This document shows positions 1 to 15,000 of a stretch of 64,000 bases of DNA, one piece after another. Source of the stretch: Balanoglossus misakiensis (taxonomy: Eukaryota; Animalia; Hemichordata); the NCBI GenBank assembly GCA_040954595.2, contig CM082594.2:948247-1012246 (forward strand), in the 5' to 3' direction. A program made the translations under genes and the position numbers. Under the pieces are notes generated by a model, which saw only the letters and a program-made list of their open reading frames with translations, was not told where the DNA came from and did no database searches. Each line of letters starts with the position of its first letter. The stretch's first letter is position 1.

Positions 1-3000
1 CCTACCAATGTAGCTATTATATTTTCCACTTTTTGTAAGTGAAGCCTGACTGTCGCCTTTCTTAGGTCACCATTTCATAAGCGGTCTTACCCGTCATTGG
101 CACAAACAGTTTCAGGAAGTAAGCTTTCAGCCTACCAATGTAGCTATTATATTTTCAACTTTTTGTAAGTGAAGCCTGACTGTCGCCTGTCTTAGGTCAC
201 CACTTCATAAGCGGTCTTACCCGTCATTGGCACAAACAGTCTCAGGAAGTTAGCTTTCAGCCTACCAATGTAGCATTTATATTTTCCACTTTTTGTAAGT
301 GAAGCCTGAGTGTCGCCTGTCTTAGGTCACCACTTCATAAGAGGTCTTACCCGTTATTGGCACAAACAGTCTCAGGAAGTAAGCTTTCAGCCTACCAATG
401 TAGCTATTATATTTTCCACTTTTTGTAAGTGAAGCCTGAGTGTCGCCTGTCTTAGGTCACCACTTCATAAGCGGTCTTACCCGTCCTGGGCACAAACAGT
501 CTCAGGAAGTAAGCTTTCAGCCTACCAATGTAGCTATTATATTTTCCACTTTTTGTAAGTGAAGCCTGAGTGTCGCCTGTCTTAGGTCACCACTTCATAA
601 GCGGTCTTACCCGTCATTGGCACAAACAGTCTCAGGAAGTAAGCTTTCAGCCTACCAATGTAGCTATTATATTTTCCACTTTTTGTAAGTGAAGCCTGAG
701 TGTCGCCTGTCTTAGGTCACCACTTCATAAGAGGTCTTACCCGTCATTGGCACAAACAGTCTCAGGAAGTAAGCTTTCAGCCTACCAATGTAGCATTTAT
801 ATATTCCACTTTTTGTAAGTGAAGCCTGAGTGTCGCCTGTCTTAGGTCACCACTTCATAAGAGGTCTTACCCGTTATTGGCACAAACAGTCTCAGGAAGT
901 AAGCTTTCAGCCTACCAATGTAGCTATTGTATTTTCCACTTTTTGTAAGTGAAGCCTGAGTGTCGCCTGTCTTAGGTCACCACTTCATAAGCGGTCTTAC
1001 CCGTCATTGGCACAAACAGTCTCAGGAAGTAAGCTTTCAGCCTACCAATGTAGCTATTATATTTTCCACTTTTTGTAAGTGAAGCCTGAGTGTCGCCTGT
1101 CTTAGGTCACCACTTCATAAGCGGTCTAACCCGTCATTGGCACAAACAGTCTCAGGAAGTAAGCTTTCAGCCTACCAATGTAGCTATTATATTTTCCACT
1201 TTTTGTAAGTGAAGCCTGACTGTCGCCTGTCTTAGGTCCCCACTTCATAAGCGGTCTTACCCGTCATTGGCACAAACAGTCTCAGGAAGTAAGCTTTCAG
1301 CCTACCAATGTAGCTATTATATTTTCCACTTTTTGTAAGTGAAGCATGACTGTCGCCTGTCTTAGGTCACCACTTCATAAACGGTATTACCCGTCATTGG
1401 TACAAACAGTCTCAGGAAGTAAGCTTTCAGCCTACCAATGTAGCTATTATATTTTCCACTTTTTGTAAGTGAAGCCTGAGTGTCGCCTGTCTTAGGTCAC
1501 CACTTCATAAGAGGTCATACCCGTCATTGGCACAAACAGTCTCAGGAAGTAAGCTTTCAGCCTACCAATGTAGCTATTATATTTTCCACTTTTTGTAAGT
1601 GAAGCCTGACTGTCGCCTGTCTTAGGTCACCACTTCATAAGCGGACTTACCCGTCATTGGCACAAACAGTCTCAGGAAGTAAGCTTTCAGCCTACCAATG
1701 TAGCTATTATATTTTCCACTTTTTGTAAGTGAAGCCTGAGTGTCGCCTGTCTTAGGTCACCACTTCATAAGAGGTCTTACCCGTCATTGGCACAAACAGT
1801 CTCAGGAAGTAAGCTTTCAGCCTACCAATGTAGCTATTATATTTTCCACTTTTTGTAAGTGAAGCCTGAGTGTCGCCTGTCTTAGGTCACCACTTCATGA
1901 GAGGTCTTACCCATCATTGGCACAAACAGTCTCAGGAAGTAAGCTTTCAGCCTACCAATGTAGCTATTATATTTTCCACTTTTTGTAAGTGAAGCCTGAG
2001 TGTCGCCTGTCTTAGGTCACCACTTCATAAACGGTCATACCCGTCATTGGCACAAACAGTCTCAGGAAGTAAGCTTTCAGCCTACCAATGTAGCATTTAT
2101 ATTTTCCACTTTTTGTAAGTGAAGCCTGAGTGTCGCCTGTCTTAGGTCACCACTTCATAAGAGGTCTTACCCGTTATTGGCACAAACAGTCTCAGGAAGT
2201 AAGCTTTCAGCCTACCAATGTAGCTATTATATTTTCCACTTTTTGTAAGTGAAGCCTGAGTGTCGCCTGTCTTAGGTCACCACTTCATAAGCGGTCTTAC
2301 CCGTCCTGGGCACAAACAGTCTCAGGAAGTAAGCTTTCAGCCTACCAATGTAGCTATTATATTTTCCACTTTTTGTAAGTGAAGCCTGCGTGTCGCCTGT
2401 CTTAGGTCACCACTTCATAAGCGGTCTTACCCGTCATTGGCACAAACAGTCTCAGGAAGTAAGCTTTCAGCCTACCAATGTAGCTATTATATTTTCCACT
2501 TTTTGTAAGTGAAGCCTGAGTGTCGCCTGTCTTAGGTCACCACTTCATAAGAGGTCTTACCCGTCATTGGCACAAACAGTCTCAGGAAGTAAGCTTTCAG
2601 CCTACCAATGTAGCATTTATATATTCCACTTTTTGTAAGTGAAGCCTGAGTGTCGCCTGTCTTAGGTCACCACTTCATAAGAGGTCTTACCCGTTATTGG
2701 CACAAACAGTCTCAGGAAGTAAGCTTTCAGCCTACCAATGTAGCTATTGTATTTTCCACTTTTTGTAAGTGAAGCCTGAGTGTCGCCTGTCTTAGGTCAC
2801 CACTTCATAAGCGGTCTTACCCGTCATTGGCACAAACAGTCTCAGGAAGTAAGCTTTCAGCCTACCAATGTAGCTATTATATTTTCCACTTTTTGTAAGT
2901 GAAGCCTGAGTGTCGCCTGTCTTAGGTCACCACTTCATAAGCGGTCTAACCCGTCATTGGCACAAACAGTCTCAGGAAGTAAGCTTTCAGCCTACCAATG

Positions 3001-6000
3001 TAGCTATTATATTTTCCACTTTTTGTAAGTGAAGTATGACTGTCGCCTGTCTTAGGTCCCCACTTCATAAGCGGTCTTACCCGTCATTGGCACAAACAGT
3101 CTCAGGAAGTAAGCTTTCAGCCTACCAATGTAGCTATTATATTTTCCACTTTTTGTAAGTGAAGCGTGACTGTCGCCTGTCTTAGGTCACCACTTCATAA
3201 ACGGTATTACCCGTCATTGGTACAAACAGTCTCAGGAAGTAAGCTTTCAGCCTACCAATGTAGCTATTATATTTTCCACTTTTTGTAAGTGAAGCCTGAG
3301 TGTCGCCTGTCTTAGGTCACCACTTCATAAGAGGTCATACCCGTCATTGGCACAAACAGTCTCAGGAAGTAAGCTTTCAGCCTACCAATGTAGCTATTAT
3401 ATTTTCCACTTTTTGTAAGTGAAGCCTGCGTGTCGCCTGTCTTAGGTCACCACTTCATAAGCGGACTTACCCGTCATTGGCATAAACAGTCTCAGGAAGT
3501 AAGCTTTCAGCCTACCAATGTAGCTATTATATTTTCCACTTTTTGTAAGTGAAGCCTGAGTGTCGCCTGTCTTAGGTCACCACTTCATAAGAGGTCTTAC
3601 CCGTCATTGGCACAAACAGTCTCAGGAAGTAAGCTTTCAGCCTACCAATGTAGCTATTATATTTTCCACTTTTTGTAAGTGAAGCCTGAGTGTCGCCTGT
3701 CTTAGGTCACCACTTCATAAACGGTCTTACCCGTCATTGGCACAAACAGTCTCAGGAAGTAAGCTTTCAGCCTACCAATGTAGCTATTATATTTTCCACT
3801 TTTTGTAAGTGAAGCCTGAGTGTCGCCTGTCTTAGGTCACCACTTCATAAGAGGTCTTACCCGTCATTGCCACAAACAGTCTCAGGAAGTAAGCTTTCAG
3901 CCTACCAATGTAGCTATTATATTTTCCACTTTTTGTAAGTGAAGCCTGACTGTCGCCTTTCTTAGGTCAACATTTCATAAGCGGTCTTACCCGTCATTGG
4001 CACAAACAGTCTCAGGAAGTAAGCTTTCAGCCTACCAATGTAGCTAATATATTTTAAACTTTTTGTAAGTGAAGCCTGACTGTCGCCTGTCTTAGGTCAC
4101 CACTTCATAAGCGGTCTTACCCGTCATTGGCACAAACAGTCTCAGGAAGTTAGCTTTCAGCCTACCAATGTAGCTATTATATTTTCCACTTTTTGTAAGT
4201 GAAGCCTGAGTGTCGCCTGTCTTAGGTCACCACTTCATAAGAGGTCTTACCCGTCATTGGCACAAACAGTCTCAGGAAGTAAGCTTTCAGCCTACCAATG
4301 TAGCATTTATATTTTCCACTTTTTGTAAGTGAAGCCTGAGTGTCGCCTGTCTTAGGTCACCACTTCATAAGAGGTCTTACCCGTTATTGGCACAAACAGT
4401 CTCAGGAAGTAAGCTTTCAGCCTACCAATGTAGCTATTATATTTTCCACTTTTTGTAAGTGAAGCCTGAGTGTCGCCTGTCTTAGGTCACCACTTCATAA
4501 GCGGTCTTACCCGTCCTGGGCACAAACAGTCTCAGGAAGTAAGCTTTCAGCCTACCAATGTAGCTATTATATTTTCCACTTTTTGTAAGTGAAGCGTGAC
4601 TGTCGCCTGTCTTAGGTCACCACTTCATAAACGGTCTTACCCGTCATTGGTACAAACAGTCTCAGGAAGTAAGCTTTCAGCCTACCAATGTAGCTATTAT
4701 ATTTTCCACTTTTTGTAAGTGAAGCCTGAGTGTCGCCTGTCTTAGGTCACCACTTCATAAGCGGACTTACCCGTCATTGGCATAAACAGTCTCAGGAAGT
4801 AAGCTTTCAGCCTACCAATGTAGCTATTATATTTTCCACTTTTTGTAAGTGAAGCCTGAGTGTCGCCTGTCTTAGGTCACCACTTCATAAGAGGTCTTAC
4901 CCGTCATTGGCACAAACAGTCTCAGGAAGTAAGCTTTCAGCCTACCAATGTAGCTATTATATTTTCCACTTTTTGTAAGTGAAGCCTGAGTGTCGCCTGT
5001 CTTAGGTCACCACTTCATAAACGGTCTTACCCGTCATTGGCACAAACAGTCTCAGGAAGTAAGCTTTCAGCCTACCAATGTAGCTATTATATTTTCCACT
5101 TTTTGTAAGTGAAGCCTGAGTGTCGCCTGTCTTAGGTCACCACTTCATAAGAGGTCTTACCCGTCATTGCCACAAACAGTCTCAGGAAGTAAGCTTTCAG
5201 CCTACCAATGTAGCTATTATATTTTCCACTTTTTGTAAGTGAAGCCTGACTGTCGCCTTTCTTAGGTCAACATTTCATAAGCGGTCTTACCCGTCATTGG
5301 CACAAACAGTCTCAGGAAGTAAGCTTTCAGCCTACCAATGTAGCTAATATATTTTAAACTTTTTGTAAGTGAAGCCTGACTGTCGCCTGTCTTAGGTCAC
5401 CACTTCATAAGCGGTCTTACCCGTCATTGGCACAAACAGTCTCAGGAAGTTAGCTTTCAGCCTACCAATGTAGCTATTATATTTTCCACTTTTTGTAAGT
5501 GAAGCCTGAGTGTCGCCTGTCTTAGGTCACCACTTCATAAGAGGTCTTACCCGTCATTGGCACAAACAGTCTCAGGAAGTAAGCTTTCAGCCTACCAATG
5601 TAGCATTTATATTTTCCACTTTTTGTAAGTGAAGCCTGAGTGTCGCCTGTCTTAGGTCACCACTTCATAAGAGGTCTTACCCGTTATTGGCACAAACAGT
5701 CTCAGGAAGTAAGCTTTCAGCCTACCAATGTAGCTATTATATTTTCCACTTTTTGTAAGTGAAGCCTGAGTGTCGCCTGTCTTAGGTCACCACTTCATAA
5801 GCGGTCTTACCCGTCCTGGGCACAAACAGTCTCAGGAAGTAAGCTTTCAGCCTACCAATGTAGCTATTATATTTTCCACTTTTTGTAAGTGAAGCGTGAC
5901 TGTCGCCTGTCTTAGGTCACCACTTCATAAACGGTCTTACCCGTCATTGGTACAAACAGTCTCAGGAAGTAAGCTTTCAGCCTACCAATGTAGCTATTAT

Positions 6001-9000
6001 ATTTTCCACTTTTTGTAAGTGAAGCCTGAGTGTCGCCTGTCTTAGGTCACCACTTCATAAGAGGTCATACCCGTCATTGGCACAAACAGTCTCAGGAAGT
6101 AAGCTTTCAGCCTACCAATGTAGCTATTATATTTTCCACTTTTTGTAAGTGAAGCCTGACTGTCGCCTGTCTTAGGTCACCACTTCATAAGCGGTCTTAC
6201 CCGTCATTGGCACAAACAGTCTCAGGAAGTAAGCTTTCAGCCTACCAATGTAGCTATTATATTTTCCACTTTTTGTAAGTGAAGCCTGAGTGTCGCCTGT
6301 CTTAGGTCACCACTTCATGAGAGGTCTTACCCATCATTGGCACAAACAGTCTCAGGAAGTAAGCTTTCAGCCTACCAATGTAGCTATTATATTTTCCACT
6401 TTTTGTAAGTGAAGCCTGAGTGTCGCCTGTCTTAGGTCACCACTTCATAAACGGTCATACCCGTCATTGGCACAAACAGTCTCAGGAAGTAAGCTTTCAG
6501 CCTACCAATGTAGCATTTATATTTTCCACTTTTTGTAAGTGAAGCCTGAGTGTCGCCTGTCTTAGGTCACCACTTCATAAGAGGTCTTACCCGTTATTGG
6601 CACAAACAGTCTCATGAAGTAAGCTTTCAGCCTACCAATGTAGCTATTATATTTTCCACTTTTTGTAAGTGAAGCCTGAGTGTCGCCTGTCTTAGGTCAC
6701 CACTTCATAAGCGGTCTTACCCGTCCTGGGCACAAACAGTCTCAGGAAGTAAGCTTTCAGCCTACCAATGTAGCTATTATATTTTCCACTTTTTGTAAGT
6801 GAAGCCTGCGTGTCGCCTGTCTTAGGTCACCACTTCATAAGCGGTCTTACCCGTCATTGGCACAAACAGTCTCAGGAAGTAAGCTTTCAGCCTACCAATG
6901 TAGCTATTATATTTTCCACTTTTTGTAAGTGAAGCCTGAGTGTCGCCTGTCTTAGGTCACCACTTCATAAGAGGTCTTACCCGTCATTGGCACAAACAGT
7001 CTCAGGAAGTAAGCTTTCAGCCTACCAATGTAGCATTTATATATTCCACTTTTTGTAAGTGAAGCCTGAGTGTCGCCTGTCTTAGGTCACCACTTCATAA
7101 GAGGTCTTACCCGTTATTGGCACAAACAGTCTCAGGAAGTAAGCTTTCAGCCTACCAATGTAGCTATTGTATTTTCCACTTTTTGTAAGTGAAGCCTGAG
7201 TGTCGCCTGTCTTAGGTCACCACTTCATAAGCGGTCTTACCCGTCATTGGCACAAACAGTCTCAGGAAGAAAGCTTTCAGCCTACCAATGTAGCTATTAT
7301 ATTTTCCACTTTTTGTAAGTGAAGCCTGAGTGTCGCCTGTCTTAGGTCACCACTTCATAAACGGTCTTACCCGTCATTGGCACAAACAGTCTCAGGAAGT
7401 AAGCTTTCAGCCTACCAATGTAGCTATTGTATTTTCCACTTTTTGTAAGTGAAGCCTGAGTGTCGCCTGTCTTAGGTCACCACTTCATAAGCGGTCTAAC
7501 CCGTCTTTGGCACAAACAGTCTCAGGAAGTAAGCTTTCAGCCTACCAATGTAGCTATTATATTTTCCACTTTTTGTAAGTGAAGCCTGACTGTCGCCTGT
7601 CTTAGGTCCCCACTTCATAAGCGGTCTTACCCGTCATTGGCACAAACAGTCTCAGGAAGTAAGCTTTCAGCCTACCAATGTAGCTATTATATTTTCCACT
7701 TTTTGTAAGTGAAGCCTGAGTGTCGCCTGTCTTAGGTCACCACTTCATAAGAGGTCATACCCGTCATTGGCACAAACAGTCTCAGGAAGTAAGCTTTCAG
7801 CCTACCAATGTAGCTATTATATTTTCCACTTTTTGTAAGTGAAGCCTGCGTGTCGCCTGTCTTAGGTCACCACTTCATAAGCGGACTTACCCGTCATTGG
7901 CACAAACAGTCTCAGGAAGTAAGCTTTCAGCCTACCAATGTAGCTATTATATTTTCCACTTTTTGTAAGTGAAGCCTGAGTGTCGCCTGTCTTAGGTCAC
8001 CACTTCATAAGAGGTCTTACCCGTCATTGGCACAAACAGTCTCAGGAAGTAAGCTTTCAGCCTACCAATGTAGCTATTATATTTTCCACTTTTTGTAAGT
8101 GAATCCTGAGTGTCGCCTGTCTTAGGTCACCACTTCATAAACGGTCATACCCGTCATTGGCACAAACAGTCTCAGGAAGTAAGCTTTCAGCCTACCAATG
8201 TAGCTATTATATTTTCCACTTTTTGTAAGTGAAGCCTGAGTGTCGCCTGTCTTAGGTCACCACTTCATAAGAGGTCTTACCCGTCATTGGCACAAACAGT
8301 CTCAGGAAGTAAGCTTTCAGCCTACCAATGTAGCTATTATATTTTCCACTTTTTGTAAGTGAAGCCTGAGTGTCGCCTGTCTTAGGTCACCACTTCATAA
8401 ACGGTCTTACCCGTCATTGGCACAAACAGTCTCAGGAAGTAAGCTTTCAGCCTACCAATGTAGCTATTATATTTTCCACTTTTTGTAAGTGAAGCCTGAG
8501 TGTCGCCTGTCTTAGGTCACCACTTCATAAGAGGTCTTACCCGTCATTGCCACAAACAGTCTCAGGAAGTAAGCTTTCAGCCTACCAATGTAGCTATTAT
8601 ATTTTCCACTTTTTGTAAGTGAAGCCTGACTGTCGCCTTTCTTAGGTCACCATTTCATAAGCGGTCTTACCCGTCATTGGCACAAACAGTCTCAGGAAGT
8701 AAGCTTTCAGCCTACCAATGTAGCTATTATATTTTCAACTTTTTGTAAGTGAAGCCTGACTGTCGCCTGTCTTAGGTCACCACTTCATAAGCGGTCTTAC
8801 CCGTCATTGGCACAAACAGTCTCAGGAAGTTAGCTTTCAGCCTACCAATGTAGCTATTATATTTTCCACTTTTTGTAAGTGAAGCCTGACTGTCGCCTGT
8901 CTTAGGTCACCACTTCATAAGCGGTCTTACCCGTCATTGGCACAAACAGTCTCAGGAAGTAAGCTTTCAGCCTACCAATGTAGCTATTATATTTTCCACT

Positions 9001-12000
9001 TTTTGTAAGTGAAGCCTGACTGTCGCCTGTCTTAGGTCACCACTTCAGAAGAGGTCTTACCCGTCATTGGCACAAACAGTCTCAGGAAGTAAGCTTTCAG
9101 CTTACCAATGTAGCTATTATATTTTCCACTTTTTGTAAGTGAAGCCTGACTGTCGCCTGTCTTAGGTCACCACTTCATAAGCGGTCTTACCCGTCATTGG
9201 CACAAACAGTCTCAGGAAGCAAGCTTTCAGCCTACCAATGTAGCTATTATATTTTCCACTTTTTGTAAGTGAAGCGTGACTGTCGCCTGTCTTATGTCAC
9301 CACTTCATAAACGGTATTACCCGTCATTGGTACAAACAGTCTCAGGAAGTAAGCTTTCAGCCTACCAATGTAGCTATTATATTTTCCACTTTTTGTAAGT
9401 GAAGCCTGAGTGTCGCCTGTCTTAGGTCACCACTTCATAAGAGGTCATACCCGTCATTGGCACAAACAGTCTCAGGAAGTAAGCTTTCAGCCTACCAATG
9501 TAGCTATTATATTTTCCACTTTTTGTAAGTGAAGCCTGACTGTCGCCTTTCTTAGGTCACCACTTCATAAGCGGTCTTACCCGTCATTGGCACAAACAGT
9601 CTCAGGAAGTAAGCTTTCAGCCTACCAATGTAGCTATTATATTTTCCACTTTTTGTAAGTGAAGCCTGAGTGTCGCCTGTCTTAGGTCACCACTTCATAA
9701 GAGGTCTTACCCGTCATTGGCACAAACAGTCTCAGGAAGTAAGCTTTCACCCTACCAATGTAGCTATTATATTTTCCACTTTTTGTAAGTGAAGCCTGAG
9801 TGTCGCCTGTCTTAGGTCACCACTTCATAAACGGTCTTACCCGTCATTGGCACAAACAGTCTCAGGAAGTAAGCTTTCAGCCTACCAATGTAGCTATTAT
9901 ATTTTCCACTTTTTGTAAGTGAAGCCTGAGTGTCGCCTGTCTTAGGTCACCACTTCATAAGAGGTCTTACCCGTCATTGCCACAAACAGTCTCAGGAAGT
10001 AAGCTTTCAGCCTACCAATGTAGCTATTATATTTTCCACTTTTTGTAAGTGAAGCCTGACTGTCGCCTTTCTTAGGTCACCATTTCATAAGCGGTCTTAC
10101 CCGTCATTGGCACAAACAGTCTCAGGAAGTAAGCTTTCAGCCTACCAATGTAGCTATTATATTTTCAACTTTTTGTAAGTGAAGCCTGACTGTCGCCAGT
10201 CTTAGGTCACCACTTCATAAGCGGTCTTACCCGTCATTGGCACAAACAGTCTCAGGAAGTTAGCTTTCAGCCTACTAATGTAGCTATTATATTTTCCACT
10301 TTTTGTAAGTGAAGCCTGACTGTCGCCTGTCTTAGGTCACCACTTCATAAGCGGTCTTACCCGTGATTGGCACAAACAGTCTCAGGAAGTAAGCTTTCAG
10401 CCTACCAATGTAGCTATTTTATTTTCCACTTTTTGTAAGTGAAGCCTGACTGTCGCCTGTCTTAGGTCACCACTTCATAAGAGGTCTTACCCGTCATTGG
10501 CACAAACAGTCTCAGGAAGTAAGCTTTCAGCCTACCAATGTAGCTATTATATTTTCCACTTTTTGTAAGTGAAGCCTGACTGTCGCCTGTCTTAGGTCAC
10601 CACTTCATAAGCGGTCTTACCCGTCATTGGCACAAACAGTCTCAGGAAGCAAGCTTTCAGCCTACCAATGTAGCTATTATATTTTCCACTTTTTGTAAGT
10701 GAAGCCTGACTGTCGCCTGTCTTAGGTCAACACTTCATAAGCGTTCTTACCCGTCATTGGCACAAACAGTCTCAGGAAGTAAGCTTTCAGCCTACCAATG
10801 TAGCTATTTTATTTTCCACTTTTTGTAAGTGAAGCCTGACTGTCGCCTGTCTTAGGTCACCACTTCATAAGAGGTCTTACCCGTCATTGGCACAAACAGT
10901 CTCAGGAAGTAAGCTTTCAGCCTACCAATGTAGCTATTATATTTTCCACTTTTTGTAAGTGAAGCCTGACTGTCGCCTGTCTTAGGTCACCACTTCATAA
11001 GCGGTCTTACCCGTCATTGGCACAAACAGTCTCAGGAAGCAAGCTTTCAGCCTACCAATGTAGCTATTATATTTTCCACTTTTTGTAAGTGAAGCCTGAC
11101 TGTCGCCTGTCTTAGGTCAACACTTCATAAGCGTTCTTACCCGTCATTGGCACAAACAGTCTCAGGAAGTAAGCTTTCAGCCTACCAATGTAGCTTTTCT
11201 ATTTTCCACTTTTTGTAAGTGAAGCCTGACTGTCGCCTGTCTTAGGTCACCACTTCATAAGCGGTCTTACCCGTCATTGGCACAAACAGTCTCAGGAAGT
11301 AAGCTTTCAGCCTACCAATGTAGCTCTTATTTTTTCCACTTTTTGTAAGTGAAGCCTGACTGTCGCCTGTCTTAGGTCACCACTTCATAAGCGGTCTTAC
11401 CCGTCATTGGCACAAACAGTCTCAGGAAGTAAGCTTTAAGCCTACCAATATAGCTATTATATTTTCCACTTTTTGTAAGTGAAGCCTGACTGCCGCCTGT
11501 CTTAGGTCACCACTTCATAAGCGTTCTTACCCGTCATTGGCACAAACAGTCTCAGGAAGTAAGCTTTCAGCCTACCAATGTAGCTTTTGTATTTTCCACT
11601 TTTTGTAAGTGAAGCCTGACTGTCGGCTGTCTTAGGTCACCCCTTCATAAGCGGTCTTACCCGTCATTGGCACAAACAGTCTCAGGAAGTAAGCTTTCAG
11701 CCTACCAATGAAGCTATTGTATTTTCCACTTTTTGTAAGTGAAGCCTGACTGTCGCATGTCTTAGGTCACCACTACATAAGCGGTCTTACCCGTCATTGG
11801 CACAAAAAGTCTCAGGAAGTAAGCTTTCAGCCTACCAATGAAGCTATTGTATTTTCCACTTTTTGTAAGTGAAGCCTGACTGTCGCCTGTCTTAGGTCAC
11901 CACTTCATAAGCGGTCTTACCCGTCATTGGCACAAACAGTCTCAGGGAGTAAGCTTTCAGCCTGCCAATGTAGCTATTGTATTTTCCACTTTTTGTAAGT

Positions 12001-15000
12001 GAAGCCTGACTGTCGCCTGTCTTAGGTCACCACTTCATAAGCGGTCTTACCCGTCATTGGCACAAACAGTCTCAGGAAGTAAGCTTTCAGCCTACCAATG
12101 AAGCTATTGTATTTTCCACTTTTTGTAAGTGAAGCCTGACTGTCGCCTGTCTTAGGTCACCACTTCATAAGCGGTCTTACCCGTCATTGGCACAAACAGT
12201 CTCAGGGAGTAAGCTTTCAGCCTGCCAATGTAGCTATTGTATTTTCCACTTTTTGTAAGTGAAGCCTGACTGTCGCCTGTCTTAGGTCACCACTTCATAA
12301 GCGGTCTTACCCGTCATTGGCACAAACAGTCTCAGGAAGTAAGCTTTCAGCCTGCCAATTTAGCTATTGTATTTTCCACTTTTTGTAAGTGAAGCCTGAC
12401 TGTCGCCTGTCTTAGGTCACCACTTCATAAGCGGTCTTACCCGTCATTGGCACAAACAGTCTCAGGAAGTAAGCTTTCAGCCTGCCAATGTAGCTATTGT
12501 ATTTCCCACTTTTTGTAAGTGAAGCCTGACTGTCGCCTGTCTTAGGTCACCACTTCATAAGCGGTCTTACCTGTCATTGGCACAAACAGTCTCAGGAAGT
12601 AAGCTTTCAGCCTACCAATGTAGCTATTATATTTTCCACTTTTTGTAAGTGAAGCCTGACTGTCGCCTGTCTTAGGTCACCACTTCATAAGCGGTCTTAC
12701 CCGTCATTGGCACAAACAGTCTCAGGAAGTAAGCTTTCAGCCTACCAATGAAGCTATTGTATTTTCCACTTTTTGTAAGTGAAGCCTGACTGTCGCCTGT
12801 CTTAGGTCACCACTACATAAGCGGTCTTACCCGTCATTGGCACAAACAGTCTCAGGAAGTAAGCTTTCAGCCTACCAATGAAGCTATTGTATTTTCCACT
12901 TTTTGTAAGTGAAGCCTGACTGTCGCCTGTCTTAGGTCACCACTTCATAAGCGGTCTTACCCGTCATTGGCACAAACAGTCTCAGGGAGTAAGCTTTCAG
13001 CCTGCCAATGTAGCTATTGTATTTTCCACTTTTTGTATGTGAAGTCTGACTGTCGCCTGTCTTAGGTCACCACTTCATAAGCGGTCTTACCCGTCATTGG
13101 CACAAACAGTCTCAGGAAGTAAGCTTTCAGCCTGCCAATGTAGCTATTGTATTTCCCACTTTTTGTAAGTGAAGCCTGACTGTCGCCTGTCTTAGGTCAC
13201 CACTTCATAAGCGGTCTTACCCGTTATTGGCACAAACAGTCTCAGGAAGTAAGCTTTCAGCCTACCAATGTAGCTATTATATTTGCAACTTTTTGTAAGT
13301 GAAGCCTGACTGTCGCCTGTCTTAGGTCTCCACTTCATAAGCGGTCTTACCCGTCATTGGCACAAACAGTCTCAGGAAGTAAGCTTTCAGCCTACCAATG
13401 TAGCTATTATATTTTCCACTTTTTGTAAATGAAGCCTGACTGTCGCCTGTCTTAGGTCACCACTTCATAAGCGGTCTTACCCGTCATTGGCACAAACAGT
13501 CTCAGGAAGTAAGCTTTCAGCCTGCCAATGTAGCTATTGTATTTTCCACTTTTTATAAGTGAAGCCTGACTGTCGCCTGTCTTAGGTCACCACTTCATAA
13601 GCGGTCTTACCCGTCATTGGCACAAACAGTCTCAGGAAGTAAGCTTTCAGCCTGCCAATGTAGCTATTGTATTTTCCACTTTTTGTAATTGAAGCCTGAC
13701 TGTCGCCTGTCTTATGTCACCACTTCATAAGCGGTCTTACCTGTCATTGGCACAAACAGTCTCAGGAAGTAAGCTTTCAGCCTACCAATGTAGCTATTAT
13801 ATTTTCCACTTTTTGTAAGTGAAGCCTGACTGTCGCCTGTCTTAGGTCACCACTTCATAAGTGGTCTTACCCGTCATTGGCACAAACAGTCTCAGGAAGT
13901 AAGCTTTCAGCCTACCAATGTAGCTTTTATATTTTCCACTTTTTGTAGGTGAAGCCTGACTGTCGCCTGTCTTAGGTCACCACTTCATAAGCGGTCTTAC
14001 CCGTCATTGGCACAAACAGTCTCAGGAAGTAAGCTTTCAGCCTACCAATGTAGCTTTTATATTTTCCACTTTTTGTAGGTGAAGCCTGACTGTCGCCTGT
14101 CTTAGGTCACCACTTCATAAGCGGTCTTACCCGTCATTGGCACAAACAGTCTCAGGAAGTAAGCTTTCAGCCTACCAATGTAGCTATTATATTTTCCATT
14201 TTTTGTAAGTGAAGCCTGACTGTCGCCTGTCTTAGGTCACCACCTCATAAGCGGTCTTAACCGTCATTGGCACAAACAGTCTCAGGAAGTAAGCTTTCAG
14301 CCTACCAATGTAGCTATTATATTTTCCACTTTTTGTAAGTGAAGCCTGACTGTCGCCTGTCTTAGGTCACCATTTCATAAGCGGTCTTACCCGTAATTGG
14401 CACAAACAGTCTCAGGAAGTAAGCTTTCAGCCTACCAATGTAGCTATTATATTTTCCACTTTTTGTAAGTGAAGCCTGACTGTCGCCTGTCTTAGGTCAC
14501 CACTTCATAAGCGGTCTTACCCGTCATTGGCACAAACAGTCTCAGGAAGTAAGCTTTCAGCCTACCAATGTAGCTATTGTTTTGTAAGTGAAGCCTGACT
14601 GTCGCCTGTCTTAGGTCACCACTTCATAAGCGGTCTTACCCGTCATTGGAACAATCAGTCTCAGGAAGTAAGCTTTCAGCCTACCAATGTAGCTATTATA
14701 TTTTCCACTTTTTGTAAGTGAAGCCTGACTGTCGCCTGTCTTAGGTCACCATTTCATAAGCGGTCTTACCCGTCATTGGCACAAACAGTCTCAGGGAGTA
14801 AGCGTTCAGCCTACCAATGTAGCTATTATATTTTCCACTTTTTGAAAGTGAAGCCTGACTGTCGCCTGTCTTAGGTCACCACTTCATAAGCGGTCTTACC
14901 CGTCATTGGCACAAACAGTCTCAGGAAGTAAGCTTTCAGCCTGCCATTGTAGCTATTGTATTTTCCACTTTTTATAAGTGAAGCCTGACTGTCGCCTGTC